A stretch of DNA of 63,497 bases, the filler included, from Reclinomonas americana ATCC 50394 (lineage: Eukaryota): NCBI GenBank assembly GCA_048213135.1. It is 53 parts of 53 records of this genome, joined end to end, with 100 filler letters (N's around TTAATTAATTAA, not from the genome) between each part and the next. Parts side by side here need not be neighbours in the genome. Positions count along the whole stretch, not along the records: positions 21,688 to 22,789 come from AFZH01026490.1; positions 22,890 to 23,990 come from AFZH01026491.1; positions 24,091 to 25,194 come from AFZH01026492.1; positions 25,295 to 26,397 come from AFZH01026493.1; positions 26,498 to 27,599 come from AFZH01026494.1; positions 27,700 to 28,801 come from AFZH01026495.1; positions 28,902 to 30,002 come from AFZH01026496.1; positions 30,103 to 31,200 come from AFZH01026497.1; 45 more parts are not named here. One strand, given 5' to 3'. The notes beneath the pieces were generated by a model, which searched no databases, was not told the origin of the DNA, and saw nothing but the letters and a program-made list of their open reading frames with translations. A program made the position numbers and the translations under genes. Positions 22,050 through 33,794 of this stretch are shown here, in pieces (the stretch's first letter is position 1; each line of letters opens with the position of its first letter).

Positions 22050-22789
22050 CCTGGTTTCCGACTCCATTGAAATACACCCACAATGCGCCACCACCACTGT
22101 TGCCGCCCAGGTTATTTGCATTCACTGTCGCTGCCCCTGGGGTGTGCGGTGTAAGCACGGCAAGCACAGACAATGACATTACAATAGACACACAAACCGG
22201 TGGAGAGCGTTGTTCCCGATCCTCCGCTGCCATTTGCAGAAGCGGAGTTGGACGTGAAAGTCGAACTGCTGATAGTCTACCACATGCACACAAAAGAATG
22301 TTAGGAGGACAACACGAATTTGTGAGTAGAATGCTCATGAAGCACCTGCGCATGCGAAAACACCACACATCAGCAACACAAATGCAATACGGACGCAGTG
22401 GCACGTTCTCTCACCTGCGTGCCCGGGTTGGCCAGGAACGACATCATCATGGCACCTCCACCAGTGGCACTGCTGACAGCATTCTGCGACTGAGCGTTGT
22501 TGACGCCACCGCAGCCATTTTTCGAGGCAGAATTGAAGGAAAACGATGACGTGGAGATCTGCACGCCGCGCAAGTTAGAAGGCAACAATGATGGCGCGTC
22601 TGAGCAAGAGAGATAACGCACAGACTGGTAGTTGATACCCGTGGCATAGGACATGCCCCAGATGGCACCACCGCCAGTGAGTGTGGTGGTTTGTGAGACA
22701 CCAGGAAGGCCTGCCGTTCCCGAAGCATCACCGCTGCCAGAATTACCACTACCACCGTTGGCGTTTCCAGAGGCGGTGTTATTTGTAAA
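22050..22789 (-). CDS. Spliced eukaryotic protein with Pmp-like FxxN / GGA(I/L/M) repeats, fragment
   Basis: FTNNTASG...GGGAIW, FSFNSAS...GGGAMM, FTSNSAS...GGGALW separated by GT-AG introns (for example CAG|GTGAGA near 22414). Confidence 0.6.
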
Positions 22790-23026
22790 NNNNNNNNNNN
22801 NNNNNNNNNNNNNNNNNNNNNNNNNNNNNNNNNTTAATTAATTAANNNNNNNNNNNNNNNNNNNNNNNNNNNNNNNNNNNNNNNNNNNNCGAATACGCCA
22901 ATATCGGCCGGGCCCTGCGCAGCATGGCTGACCAGTTCTATGCCCAATACAAGAAGAAGGGCCGGAAGTGAGGCGCTCCGCCGCGCGCCTCGCAGACACT
23001 CTGCCCGACGACCCTGGAGAACGCCG

Positions 23027-23311
23027 ATGATCCCTCGGATCAGCGCCGGTGCGCTCGCCGCGTCGGCCTTTATCGCATTGTCGGGAAGCCTGCCCGCCGG
23101 CCAGGCGGCGGCCTGCAACCGGATGGACGGCTGCATCCATGATACCCAGCGCGAGAATTACGGCATGATGCATGACGGCCGCATGAGCGAAGCGATGCGC
23201 AGCGGCGCAGAGAACGTCGAGGCGTTCCGGTGGATAGGCACAGAGGCCAGCCAACAGGAGCAGCCCCGGCCCAAGCCAAGAAGGCGGCCGGCAGCCGCTA
23301 GTGGCCGCTGA
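23027..23311 (+). CDS. Small secreted hypothetical protein (alphaproteobacterial)
   Basis: GGAGA RBS; signal-peptide-like N-terminus ending in AAA followed by CNRMDGC. Confidence 0.55.
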   Translation: MIPRISAGALAASAFIALSGSLPAGQAAACNRMDGCIHDTQRENYGMMHDGRMSEAMRSGAENVEAFRWIGTEASQQEQPRPKPRRRPAAASGR

Positions 23312-23990
23312 AGACCAGCGTCTGGATCGGCAGCACCAGCGCCTGTATGCGCAGCAGCATGGCATGAACCACGCCGGTCGCGTCGACCGCGTGCAGGGCG
23401 ATCCGGCGCAATGTGCCGGTGTTCTTGTCGGCGATGATGTCGTGGTTGTTGCTATAGGCGTTGGCGATGCAGCTCGATCCCGGCGTCACGCCGTCGAGCC
23501 CGCCCGGATAGAGCGGTTCCATATAGGTCAGGATCGTGCCCGGCCGCACGACCTGCTGCGCGTCGATGAGCTGATCACCACTGCGGATCTGGCCGGCTGC
23601 AATGAAGTCCTGCACGCCGGTCACCACCATCGGGATGACCGTCCAGGGCTTCGAAATGCAGGTGACCTCGGCGACCATGCCGACCTTCATCACCTGCGCC
23701 TCGATCTGGCCGAAGCCGGCCTGCAGTCGCCCGCGGCCGGCTTCCTCCGGGATGAGCACGCCAGCCGGGCGCATGAACGGGTTGACGATATCGCCAGGCC
23801 GCAGGGTGAACTGCTCGATATGGCCGTTGAAGCCGGCCCGCACCACGGTCTTGGCGAGTTCGACCTCGGCCTGCACCAGCGCAGCCTCGGCGCTGGCGCG
23901 TTCGGCCGGCAGCAAGGTCGATATCTTGGTCTGGGCGGCCGCTTGCGACGCTGTCGTCGAGGCGACCGCGGCCTCGCGCCCGGCCGTGAT
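23298..23990 (-). CDS. HlyD family membrane-fusion/secretion protein, C-terminal part
   Basis: SAEAALVQAEVELAKTVVRAGFNGHIEQFTLRPGDIV lipoyl half-motif. Confidence 0.85.
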   Translation of the reverse strand: MTAGREAAVASTTASQAAAQTKISTLLPAERASAEAALVQAEVELAKTVVRAGFNGHIEQFTLRPGDIVNPFMRPAGVLIPEEAGRGRLQAGFGQIEAQVMKVGMVAEVTCISKPWTVIPMVVTGVQDFIAAGQIRSGDQLIDAQQVVRPGTILTYMEPLYPGGLDGVTPGSSCIANAYSNNHDIIADKNTGTLRRIALHAVDATGVVHAMLLRIQALVLPIQTLVFSGH

Positions 23991-24674
23991 NNNNNNNNNN
24001 NNNNNNNNNNNNNNNNNNNNNNNNNNNNNNNNNNTTAATTAATTAANNNNNNNNNNNNNNNNNNNNNNNNNNNNNNNNNNNNNNNNNNNNGGGAGGGAGA
24101 GAGAGAGAGAGAGAGAGTGGGAGAGAGGGAGGGAGGGAGGGAGTATCCACGTGCGTATACCCATGTGAGTAGAAGTGAGTGAGTGTGTGAGACAGAGAGT
24201 GTCTGCGGTCCACTTGCGTGCGATTCTTGCCATTCTGTCCCTCACTCCTCCTTCCGCTTCCTCGTCTCTCTCTCTCTCTCCATCTTTCTCTCTCCTCTCT
24301 CTCTCTCCTGCGTGTGTGCGTAGAAAGAGTGAGCATCTGCGTGTGCATGTGTGTGTGCGCGCGCGATAGCGGGTGAGTGAAAGAGTGGTCCAGGTGTCGA
24401 CTTGGTGTGCTTCTTCGCGATTGTTGGCTTGCTGTCTCTCTCTCTCTTCTTTCTCTCTCTCTCTCTCTCTCTCTCGGCGTCTTCATCGATGTGTGGGAGT
24501 CAGAGACTGAGCCTGTCAGGAATTGACTTGTGCGGTCCTTTTTTCGTTTTCTCTTTACCTCTCCGTTGTCGAGACGCTTGCTTGGTTGCTGCTGTTGCTG
24601 CTGTTTGCAGTGCCGGTGGTAGCTTCGTTGTCCGTGTGAGGATCTGACTGAAGAGCATCTTGTGTGTGTGACAG

Positions 24675-25194
24675 GCACTGGGCGCTACGAGGTCGACCGG
24701 TTCACGGGACGAGTCAACGCGGTGCCCAGTTGCGTTCTCTCTCCTCTCCTCTCCTCCCCGCTCCCTCCCATCCCCTCTCCATCGCGCTGACAATGTTGCC
24801 TTTATGCGCAGGTGCGATCGGCTACTCGTCGCCTGTGATTCCGGCGGCGTCGCGACCGATTGCGAACCCGGTCGGACGCAGCTCGTTGGCGGCCAGCAGT
24901 GTGGCATCGCGAGTTTCGTCATTTTTTCGCATGCCCTGTTACGTGTTGATGCTGATTTTTGTTTGCGCTGCAGCAAATCCCGCGATTCTCACCGTCGACG
25001 TACCTGCCGCCGTCCACGGTGCCGCCGATTGTGTCGCCGTATGTGTCGCCGCCGGCGGTGGGCGGGCCATTCAGCGACACGTACCGCAAGGCGTCGCCGC
25101 GTGTGCGTCAGATGGAGAGCGATTTGGAGCGGCAGGCGGAGCAGCTGCAGGATCGTGAGCGCGAGCTCGACGGCCTGCGTCAGCGTCTGCGCAC
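24675..25194 (+). CDS. Eukaryotic Pro/Ser-rich and coiled-coil protein, spliced fragment; intron 24729-24811
   Basis: Open spliced frame TGRYEVDRFTGRVNAVPSAIGYSSP; terminal coiled coil ESDLERQAEQLQDRERELDGLRQRL. Confidence 0.5.
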
Positions 25195-25442
25195 NNNNNN
25201 NNNNNNNNNNNNNNNNNNNNNNNNNNNNNNNNNNNNNNTTAATTAATTAANNNNNNNNNNNNNNNNNNNNNNNNNNNNNNNNNNNNNNNNNNNNAGACAA
25301 GAGAGAGAGAGAGAGAGCGAATGTAAGACATGCACAATGCAAGGATGTCCACAGAAAGAACAAGAGAGAGGCAGAGAGTGAGAGAGAGAGAGTCCCCTTT
25401 TCCTCACCCTTCCCCCCACCCCCCGCCTCACCTCACGCGCAC

Positions 25443-25904
25443 ATCAGGATCATACCACTGCACCAACAGCTCCTCCTCCTCCTCCTCCTCCTGCCTTCTC
25501 CCCCGCCCCTCGCCCGTCCACTCTCGCACCGCGCGCTCTCCCGCCGACAGTGGCCTCCGCTGCACATACACCACAAACCACGCCTGCACCAGTCGCTGCA
25601 GCTTGCGCACCGCCTCCGGCAACTGCATCAGCGCAGTCCACCAGGCGCGCGCACCAAACGGCACTCGCAGCGAGGCCGCCGGTCCAGTCACATGCGAGGA
25701 GGCATACGACAGAGAGCCTTTGATGCTTGACTCGCTATTCTGCGTGACGACTAGTGAAGGCTGCGTGCGCCAACGCGGGAGAACGCGCGGCCACGGGAGA
25801 CCACGTCGCAGCCACTGCACGCGGAACAACGTCGACGAGGAGACCGCCAGGCCGACGCCGATGCCCAATGCAATATCTGCAATTACAGATGCGCGTATAA
25901 ACAT
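25443..25904 (-). CDS. Eukaryotic hypothetical protein with an N-terminal hydrophobic segment, first exon
   Basis: ORF MFIRASVIADIALGIGVGLAV... ending at a GTGCGC donor. Confidence 0.4.
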
Positions 25905-26112
25905 GGTGTGTGTAAAGAGTAAACAGGCAGGGAAGTTCGTTGTGACACGCAACAAAGCCACGTCGCGCTCGGGCGAGGCATTTCCAAATTTGTCCGCGCA
26001 GGACGAATTGTTTTTCGTGTCAGGTGGTTAGGTGCGCGCAGACCACGCCACGTGCGTTCCTTCACTCGCCAGTCGCTGCTCACTCACTCTCCGTGTGCGC
26101 GTTTCCTTAGAT

Positions 26113-26384
26113 ATGCATCTGTTCCGGTCTGTTGCATCAGTGGCGTCGACGTCGTCATCGTCGTCCGGTGGCCGATTTCTCGGGTTGCTGCATCAGCGGG
26201 CGAGCTTTGCGGCGGTCTCCGATGAGGTGTCGCGAGCAGCTGCACGGCGGTTGAAAGCGTTCCGCGATCAACGTTGCGTGTGTGAGCGAATAGAAATGAT
26301 GCAATTCGTCACTGACCGTTGCGTGCGCGCGCAGACGTGGCCAAGTCGACGAGTGACGTGTCGGCATCGCCACGTGACAGCAAG
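26113..26384 (+). CDS. N-terminus of a probable mitochondrion-targeted protein; intron 26273-26334
   Basis: Arg/Ser-rich, acid-poor N-terminus MHLFRSVASVAS...; the spliced frame stays open to AAG|GTGAGC. Confidence 0.45.
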
Positions 26385-26556
26385 GTGAGCTATTATANNN
26401 NNNNNNNNNNNNNNNNNNNNNNNNNNNNNNNNNNNNNNNNNTTAATTAATTAANNNNNNNNNNNNNNNNNNNNNNNNNNNNNNNNNNNNNNNNNNNNAAA
26501 AAGATATTGATCATATCAAGAAGAACAGTGAGGCAAGCATTGGGAAACTGCTTCTC

Positions 26557-27599
26557 TCACACCGCACCACCATGAGCAAGCTGCACTCCGGCCTGAACCT
26601 GTGCACCACCCACTCCCTTGCATCGTTGGACAAACATCGAGTAACTTGTACGTAAGCTTGTCGTGCAAAGGCGAGAGATGCACTGTCGGACGTTGCGCAC
26701 GCCGAGACGACGGAGGCCAGTCGACACCAAGGCCGAGGCCGTGCCAATCGAGGTCACAGGGAGCACCACCAGCTCGACCTTGGCCTGATCGCCGACCTAG
26801 GCCTTCTGCTTGATGGCCTTGACCAACGAGTCGTACTTGGCCTTCTTGCCGTTGACTGCAGCAGACTTGACCGAGTCTCCGTTGGCGAAGGGGCACGTCA
26901 GCTCCACCATGGCCACCTGGACCGAGCAGATCTCACCAGTCCCCTCTCTGGTATGAACCAGGGTGAGGTCCGGCTTGAGCCTGGCCAAGTTGGCGTGGTT
27001 GGCAAAGTCCACCGCCGCAGGCAGCAAGCCAATGTCGACACACTCGCGCAACAGCTGGCACGCCACACCGTCCGGATCCACCTTGGGGCGCCGCACCAGA
27101 GCCGCTTGAAGGACGTCAAGCACGTTGTCGTGACGCGTCGTCCACAAGCCCTTCAGCCTTTCGAATTCACAGCCGTTGAGCAAGTATCCGAGCGACTCCG
27201 ACTCCTTGCCACAGATCTAGAGTGGGCACAGTGACGCGGGGCCACCAGGGTTGCCGATGAAGACCGCCGCCTTGTTGTTGAGCATATGCATGACGGAGTT
27301 GGTCCGCATCTTGCACAGGAAACGCTGCTCCTTCTCGGCGAGGTGAGCCACCACGTCATGGGTTCCAGCAGCAGCCTTCTGCAGAGAGTCGACAAAGGCA
27401 CCACACTGCCGCAAGCGCCTTCCAGCACTTGAAGTAGAAGTGTGACATCGCAGGCAAAAAGCGAGAGGCAAAGGGAAACACAACACCACCGTCAGCCAGC
27501 CGTTCGACCACCAGTGGAGGCTGACCAGCAGAAGCAGCCGGATGCACCACCACACTGACACCCAACTTCAGAGCGTGCCCGAGAGCAACACCCATCAGA
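26557..27599 (-). mobile_element. Decayed RLE-type non-LTR retrotransposon, C-terminal zinc knuckle and PD-(D/E)xK endonuclease
   Basis: CPL*ICGKESESLGYLLNGC, RHDNVL, LKPDL, MVELTCPF and KKAKY motifs; two in-frame TAG (27217, 26797) and a frameshift near 27410; no introns. Confidence 0.88.
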
Positions 27600-27699
27600 N
27601 NNNNNNNNNNNNNNNNNNNNNNNNNNNNNNNNNNNNNNNNNNNTTAATTAATTAANNNNNNNNNNNNNNNNNNNNNNNNNNNNNNNNNNNNNNNNNNNN

Positions 27700-28741
27700 C
27701 TGCTGCTGCTGCTGTTGTTGTTGCTGTTGTTGTTGTTGCTGCTGCTGCTGCTGCTGTCGTATCCGCTCGAGGTGCTCATTCATCTCGGGCGACGTCGGAG
27801 TCTGTGGGCCATAGCGCGGCGGGAACGGGTTCGCAGAGTGTGGTACCACTGGCCGCGCCGCCATCAGCTGCTCTAGAAACTGTTGCTGGCGATACGGCAT
27901 GGGTGCTGCGCCGACAGCAAACTGCAGCAAGCGGCTCACTTCTTGAGCGTCCTGGAAGAGTTGTTGAATGGACTGTGTGTTAACAAATAAACAGTGATGA
28001 GTGGTCCGCATCTCTCTCCACAGCAGCACAGATGGCATTGCGTACCTCTTGATGAGCGGACGAGAGAGGCTGCTGCTGCTGCTGCTGCTGTGACGGCGGC
28101 GGCATGCCGTGCACTCGCGACGCTGCAGCTGCTGCAGCCAACTGCTGCTGTTGCTGTTGCTGCTGCTGCTGCTGCTGTTGCTGTTGTTGGTGTTGTATGT
28201 ACGCCGCAACGACAGTGGAAAGGTCGGTCGTCGGCAGCGATGCCGCCGGGGGTATCAACGGCATTGACAGCGGCCCGCCATTTGGCTGCATCGAAGCCGC
28301 CGCCGCTGCCGCGGCTGCAGCCATGGCTGTTGCCGACGAAGGCACCAGTGGGCCCGGCGGAAGCGAAGCCGTGTGCCCTGCCGACATTGATGATGAACTG
28401 TGTTGCGCTGACGGGGCAGTCGATGCACGCGATCGATGCATCGACGGCGTCTTGGTATCGGTAGCAGACCTCCTGGTGGACTGGCGCGTGGGCTCGTCGT
28501 CAGACGACTGCGCACACACAAGAGCGGCGCATGTGAGTAACAATACAACAGAGGGAGGAAGCAGGGTCGTGACGCACCGAATTGCGCTGCATCCCAGGCG
28601 GAGTGATGGAGTGCGGTCGCTTGTGGCCCGGCAACGCAGGCTGCATCGTTGTCCTCGACTCCTCCACTGGCGGGTAGTCGTGGGGGAAGCGCAGGTGGGG
28701 CATGGACGAGGAGACTGTTGATTGCAAATGGCTGGTGTCAC
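27700..28741 (-). CDS. Poly-Gln/Ala low-complexity eukaryotic protein, spliced fragment
   Basis: CAG/CAA tracts and GT-AG introns joining the ORFs; no domain recognised. Confidence 0.5.
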
Positions 28742-28902
28742 CGCCCGCAGCTGCGGCAGCGGCAGCGGCGGCGGCGGCGGCGGACGACGATGAACCCTGA
28801 TNNNNNNNNNNNNNNNNNNNNNNNNNNNNNNNNNNNNNNNNNNNNTTAATTAATTAANNNNNNNNNNNNNNNNNNNNNNNNNNNNNNNNNNNNNNNNNNN
28901 NG

Positions 28903-29592
28903 ATGCGCGGAATGGTAGTCAAGCGCCGTGTGTCACAGTTTACGGGCTACGAGACGGAAAACGAGGTACCCGGTTGGGTGCTGCAAATGCTGTCGCGGGT
29001 ATGTGTATGCGTGTATGTGTGCATTCGTGGTGCATCAGTCTGTGTGTATTCATGTTTTTGTCGTCGCGCAGGGTCCGGATCTGAGTCAGGTGGTGAGAGT
29101 AACATTCACACTCAAGTCGGCCGACAAGCGGTTACCGAATCTGGAGCGGTGAGGGCCATCGACGACTGCCTTGTTATGCCCACACTCAACTGTGTATTAT
29201 GATGCAGAGCGGAACAGTTCAACTCGAACCGAATGGTGCGTATCGGGTCAATAGCGCACTACGTGGCCGAGCACCTCAACCTCAAGATACCGGAGGGGCA
29301 ACATGCCAGCTCCGTCATCGAATTGCTGTGCCACGGAACGGTATGTGGCGTGTGCGCGCTCTGAGCAGGCGTGCGTCGTGGGTGTGTACTCACGAACGAG
29401 CTTGTCGCACGGTTGCAGGTGCTGCCGCCGCAAGTGGACATTGGCACCGTGCGGGCGTTCTACAAACCATCGGGCGCTCCCATGGAACTAACGTACCGAA
29501 CGTGTAGTTCGCCATCTTCTTCTGGAGGCGGTGGTGGTGCCTCTGGTTCAGGGTCGCATTCAGGCGCCAGATCTGGTGGTGGCGGCACATGA
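28903..29592 (+). CDS. WDR48: WDR48/UAF1 C-terminal SUMO-like region; introns 28999-29071, 29149-29207, 29341-29418
   Basis: Spliced: EVPGWV...VTFTL...NRMVRIGSIAHYVAEHL...IELLCHGTVLPPQVDIGTVRAFYKPSGAPMELTYR. Confidence 0.82.
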
Positions 29593-30505
29593 CCTCGTGC
29601 TACCGTCGAATGACTTATGAAGACATTACATTTTTCTGTACAGATTACAGACAGGGATTAGTTGATTGTTGATGTTGATGTTGATGTTGTTGGTGATGAT
29701 GATGCGGATCATCTGGGATTATCAAAGATTTCGGTGCCATTCAGACGGACTTCAGCATCCTGCTCGGCGAGCAAACACAGGAACCACATGACTGCAGAGG
29801 CGAGCGTGCGTGAGAACGACGAATCGTATGCGCGGCGTTATTTTTCTTCTCACCATTGATGAGGTACGAGTGCATCCAGTACTGGAACTTTTCTGCAAAC
29901 GGTGCAGTTCGTGGCGGCTGCGGCGACGCGGCCCCAATGACACATCGACTCCCTGATTGGAAACAGTGAGATTCACAAGCAGGCAGCATGGTGTATGTTT
30001 GTNNNNNNNNNNNNNNNNNNNNNNNNNNNNNNNNNNNNNNNNNNNNTTAATTAATTAANNNNNNNNNNNNNNNNNNNNNNNNNNNNNNNNNNNNNNNNNN
30101 NNGGGAGATCCTGCGAAGGTGGGAGCAGGAGACTATGAGCTGGGCAGGAGGGGGAAGGGAGAAGGGGGGCGGAACGGAAGCTCTGCTCTCTGTCATGGTC
30201 TGTATGAGTGGGATAGACATGAGGAATGAAGAAACCACTGCTGCGCGTGGTGTCAACTCAGAGCTAACGAGGAATTGCGCTGGTGTCTGCGTGAGAGAGG
30301 GAGGCGCGACGTACAACGTGCTAGGCAGTGGAGAAAAAGACACGGCATCGACGCCAGTGTCATAATTGTGAGTGATGCCTGACTTCACTCACTTGCACTG
30401 TGCAAGTGCGAGCTCGCGGTGAACAGAACAGAGTGCTCTCTGTTCTAGAATGACGGGAAGAACGAACAGAGTACGCTCTCTCGTGTCTCGCAAGAGACTG
30501 AGACA

Positions 30506-30544
<39 letters not shown>

Positions 30545-30731
30545 GAGTACCATCTGCAGACAGGCAACACGCGAGGCATGGATCGCGTCAACTCTCAATT
30601 CTTCCGCTCTCTCGCACAGACAAACAATGAATCGTGAAAGGACCTCTCTCTCTCTCTCCTTCCGAGATCAGCAAAACAGCTGACACACAGACAAGTGCAA
30701 TCATTCTCCCTTCCCCCTCCATCCACTGTAC

Positions 30732-30861
30732 CATTATCGTCGGGCGACTGCTGCGAATCCCGCTGCTCTCGCAACCGATCCTTCAGATCCACCAGAAGCT
30801 CCCGCAGCCCAGCCAACTCAGGGTACAATCGCTGAGCCTTGGTGAGGAACTTCTCCGCGCG
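30732..30861 (-). CDS. Exon resembling the DNAJB12/14 N-terminal helical region
   Basis: RAEKFLTKAQRLYP between a CAG acceptor and a GT donor; no J domain visible. Confidence 0.35.
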
Positions 30862-31120
30862 CTGGGGACACAGAAGGAAAGGAAATGAGTATTATGGCGA
30901 GGGGGAGAGAGAGAAGGGGGAGGGAGGGGAGAGCGACAGAGCAGAAGGCGTGTGTGTGTGTGTGCATGTGTGTGTTCTTCATAGTGTGTATGCTCCCATT
31001 CTTCGTGTGAGAGAGCGTGTGTGCGTGAGAGTGTGTGCGTGTCTTCTCTCTCGTGCCTGCTGCATACATCGTTGAACTCTCTGCGAACCTCATGTGGCCC
31101 CTGCTTGTGCGTCTCGTCTC

Positions 31121-31165
<45 letters not shown>

Positions 31166-31319
31166 ACACACTACACACACTACTCTCTCTCTCTCTCTCT
31201 NNNNNNNNNNNNNNNNNNNNNNNNNNNNNNNNNNNNNNNNNNNNTTAATTAATTAANNNNNNNNNNNNNNNNNNNNNNNNNNNNNNNNNNNNNNNNNNNN
31301 GGAACGGGAAAAACACCGC

Positions 31320-32337
31320 TCAAGCCTGCGCCTGCATGCGCGCATAGGTGACACGGCTGTCGTGAGTCGGCAGCTCCATGTCTGCCGGCGCCTGAGCGCG
31401 GCGGCGACGCTGGCGCATCACCAGCACCACCAAGATGGCGAGGGCGGCAACACCAATCACCGAGAACACTGTCGACAGCACAATCGTCAGCGTGCGCGAG
31501 TTGCCAGAGTTGTTGTTGTTGTTGCTGCTGCCCGGCACTGCAGGGGAGGAGAAGGTTGAGCACCACAAAAGAGCTGCGATAGGAGAAGTGAGTTCGTGAG
31601 TGGCATACCCTGCTCGTAGCTCTCGCTGTCGCAGTCGACGCCGTCCTGGTCGACGGTGTAGCCGCTGGCGCACGAGCTGCACTGGTTCTCGGTGTCGCCG
31701 CTGCCCGAGCACAGCTGGCCCACCTGAGTGCAGTTCGGGTCGGTGGTGCACTGATCGCACGTCACGCCATCCTGGTCGACGTAGTAGCCAGCAGCGCACG
31801 CGCTGCAGCCGCAGCCAGTCGCCCCGGTAAAGGTGGCGCAGTTCGGGTCGCAGTTGCCGGAGCCAGAGCCCGTCGAGCCGCTGCTGCTCGAGTCGCAGTC
31901 GACGCCATCAGAATCGAGCGAGTAGCCGCTGGCGCACGAGCTGCACTGGTTCTCCGTGTCGCCATTGCCCGAGCACAGCTGACCGACCTGCGCGCAGTTC
32001 GGGTCGGTGGTGCACTGATCGCACGTCACGCCATCCTGGTCGACGTAGTAGCCGGCAGAGCAAGCGCTGCAGCCGCAGCCAGTGGAGCTGGAGAAGGTGG
32101 CGCAGTTCGGGTCGCACTGGGTCGAGCCAGAGCCCGAGCCGCTGGAGCCGCTGCCACTGCCACTGCTGCTGCCACTACCGCCACCGCAGTACGCCGAATC
32201 GGCCATGAGTGCCGAGTCACGAGTGCAGCGGTTGCCGACCTGCGAGCACCACAGGCTGTTCATCATGCCCGACACGGCGCCAGACCAGTTGCCAGAGTTG
32301 ATGTTCGACAGAGTGTTGGTGAAGCTCGAGAAGCCGC
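31320..32337 (-). CDS. Type-I membrane protein: T4-lysozyme-like C-terminal lobe + two Cys-rich repeats + TM + short tail; intron 31608-31538
   Basis: GFSSFTNTLSNINSGNWSGAVSGMMNSLWCSQVGNRCTR; two near-identical Cys-rich units; TM IVLSTVFSVIGVAALAILVVLVM followed by RQRRRR; TGA at 31320. Confidence 0.8.
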
Positions 32338-32501
32338 CTGTGGAGAGGGGGGAGCGAGAGAGGGAAGGGTGGTGAGAGGGAAGGGTGATGAGAGGGAGAG
32401 ANNNNNNNNNNNNNNNNNNNNNNNNNNNNNNNNNNNNNNNNNNNNTTAATTAATTAANNNNNNNNNNNNNNNNNNNNNNNNNNNNNNNNNNNNNNNNNNN
32501 N

Positions 32502-33601
32502 CGTGATGATCGCAAAACCGGCACCGTGCACCACCACCGGGCCGGCGTGGTGTGTGTTGGTCTGCGCAAACGCCGGCACGATCGGTTCGTCAATAGTGGT
32601 GACCGCGGCGGCCTGCAGGCCGGAGAACGGGCGCCACTCGGTGCCATTCGGCACCATCATGCACAGCTCGTAGCGTTTGCCCGGCGTCAGCTGCAGCGGA
32701 GCGGCCGGACTGAAGGTCAGCAAGCTGCCGTCAAAGAGAATCTGCGGCTCCAGGTCCGGCACAGTGGGCGAAGTGCGGCAACCCTCGTCGGTGAACAGCG
32801 CAAACGACGTCAGCGAGTCCACCGCGGCGCCAGAGATGGCGACCACCTGAGCCGCCACACCATTGGTGATGGTGATCGGCATGGGCGGCGCCTCGAGACC
32901 AGTGTCAACCTCGAACTTGACCAGCGGAGCACGCGTGTTGAACGGATTGTTGCTGTGCCACTTGACGCAGACGTAGTAGACACCAGTGGGCGGTGGAATG
33001 CCAAACAGGTTGAGGTTGATGACCAGGTCCATCTGCGTGCCGCTGTTGTTGACACTCGACTGCGCCACCTCGGTGTTGGCCACCTGCAATTGCACAGACA
33101 CAAGAGTGAGTTACACACACCATGGAGGAAGAAAAAGAAGAAGCGGCTTACCGTGTTTCCGGCGCACGGAGCCGTCGGATCCGAGACGTACTCCAGAGTG
33201 AACGAGGCGGGTACGGTGGCGGCGACAAAGGCCACACCACGGACCAGCACCGGCGACAGCACCTGTCCAGTATTAGCACGCGACGGGTTGATCGGGATGA
33301 CGGCCGTCTCCGTGGAGGCAATGCCGAGAGCCACCAGTGGGCGGAACACGGAAGCGCCAGGCACACGCTGGCACAGCTGGTACTTGAATCCTGGCGTCAG
33401 GTGCAGCGGTGACTGCGGACTGAACGTCAGCGTGCCGTTGTCGTACAGCACCGGCGGGTTGACATTGGGGGCGACTGGCGACACGGCGCAGCCGGTGTCG
33501 GCGAAGACGGCAAACGCCTGAACCTGCGCAATGCTAATGCCGTCGATGCCAATCACTTGAGCGCGAATGCCGTTGGTCAGCGTGAGAGGTGCCGGCGCGG
33601 G
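32502..33601 (-). CDS. Second allele/copy of the repeat protein at 1212-2318
   Basis: Reverse complement is nearly identical with the same end points; the intron is more diverged (donor GTAAGC). Confidence 0.8.
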
Positions 33602-33701
33602 NNNNNNNNNNNNNNNNNNNNNNNNNNNNNNNNNNNNNNNNNNNNTTAATTAATTAANNNNNNNNNNNNNNNNNNNNNNNNNNNNNNNNNNNNNNNNNNN
33701 N

Positions 33702-33794
33702 GAAGACGACACTCACCGCCAGGAGCACGTAGCCGAGCGTGAGGAGCAGGACGCTCCCCTCCTCTTCCCCGTGGCGGCCGCTACCGGTGATCAT
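33702..33794 (-). CDS. TadG-like pseudopilin, N-terminus
   Basis: EEEGSVLLLTLGYVLLAV prepilin-like start; ATGA overlap. Confidence 0.65.

Noticed and set aside
26797..27219. TAG reassignment to an amino acid, suggested by two in-frame TAGs in the retroelement and one at 354-356
   Set aside because: The element also has a frameshift and a lost His, so it is decayed; the TAG at 354 is removed by the 356 donor; no conserved host exon needs an internal TAG.
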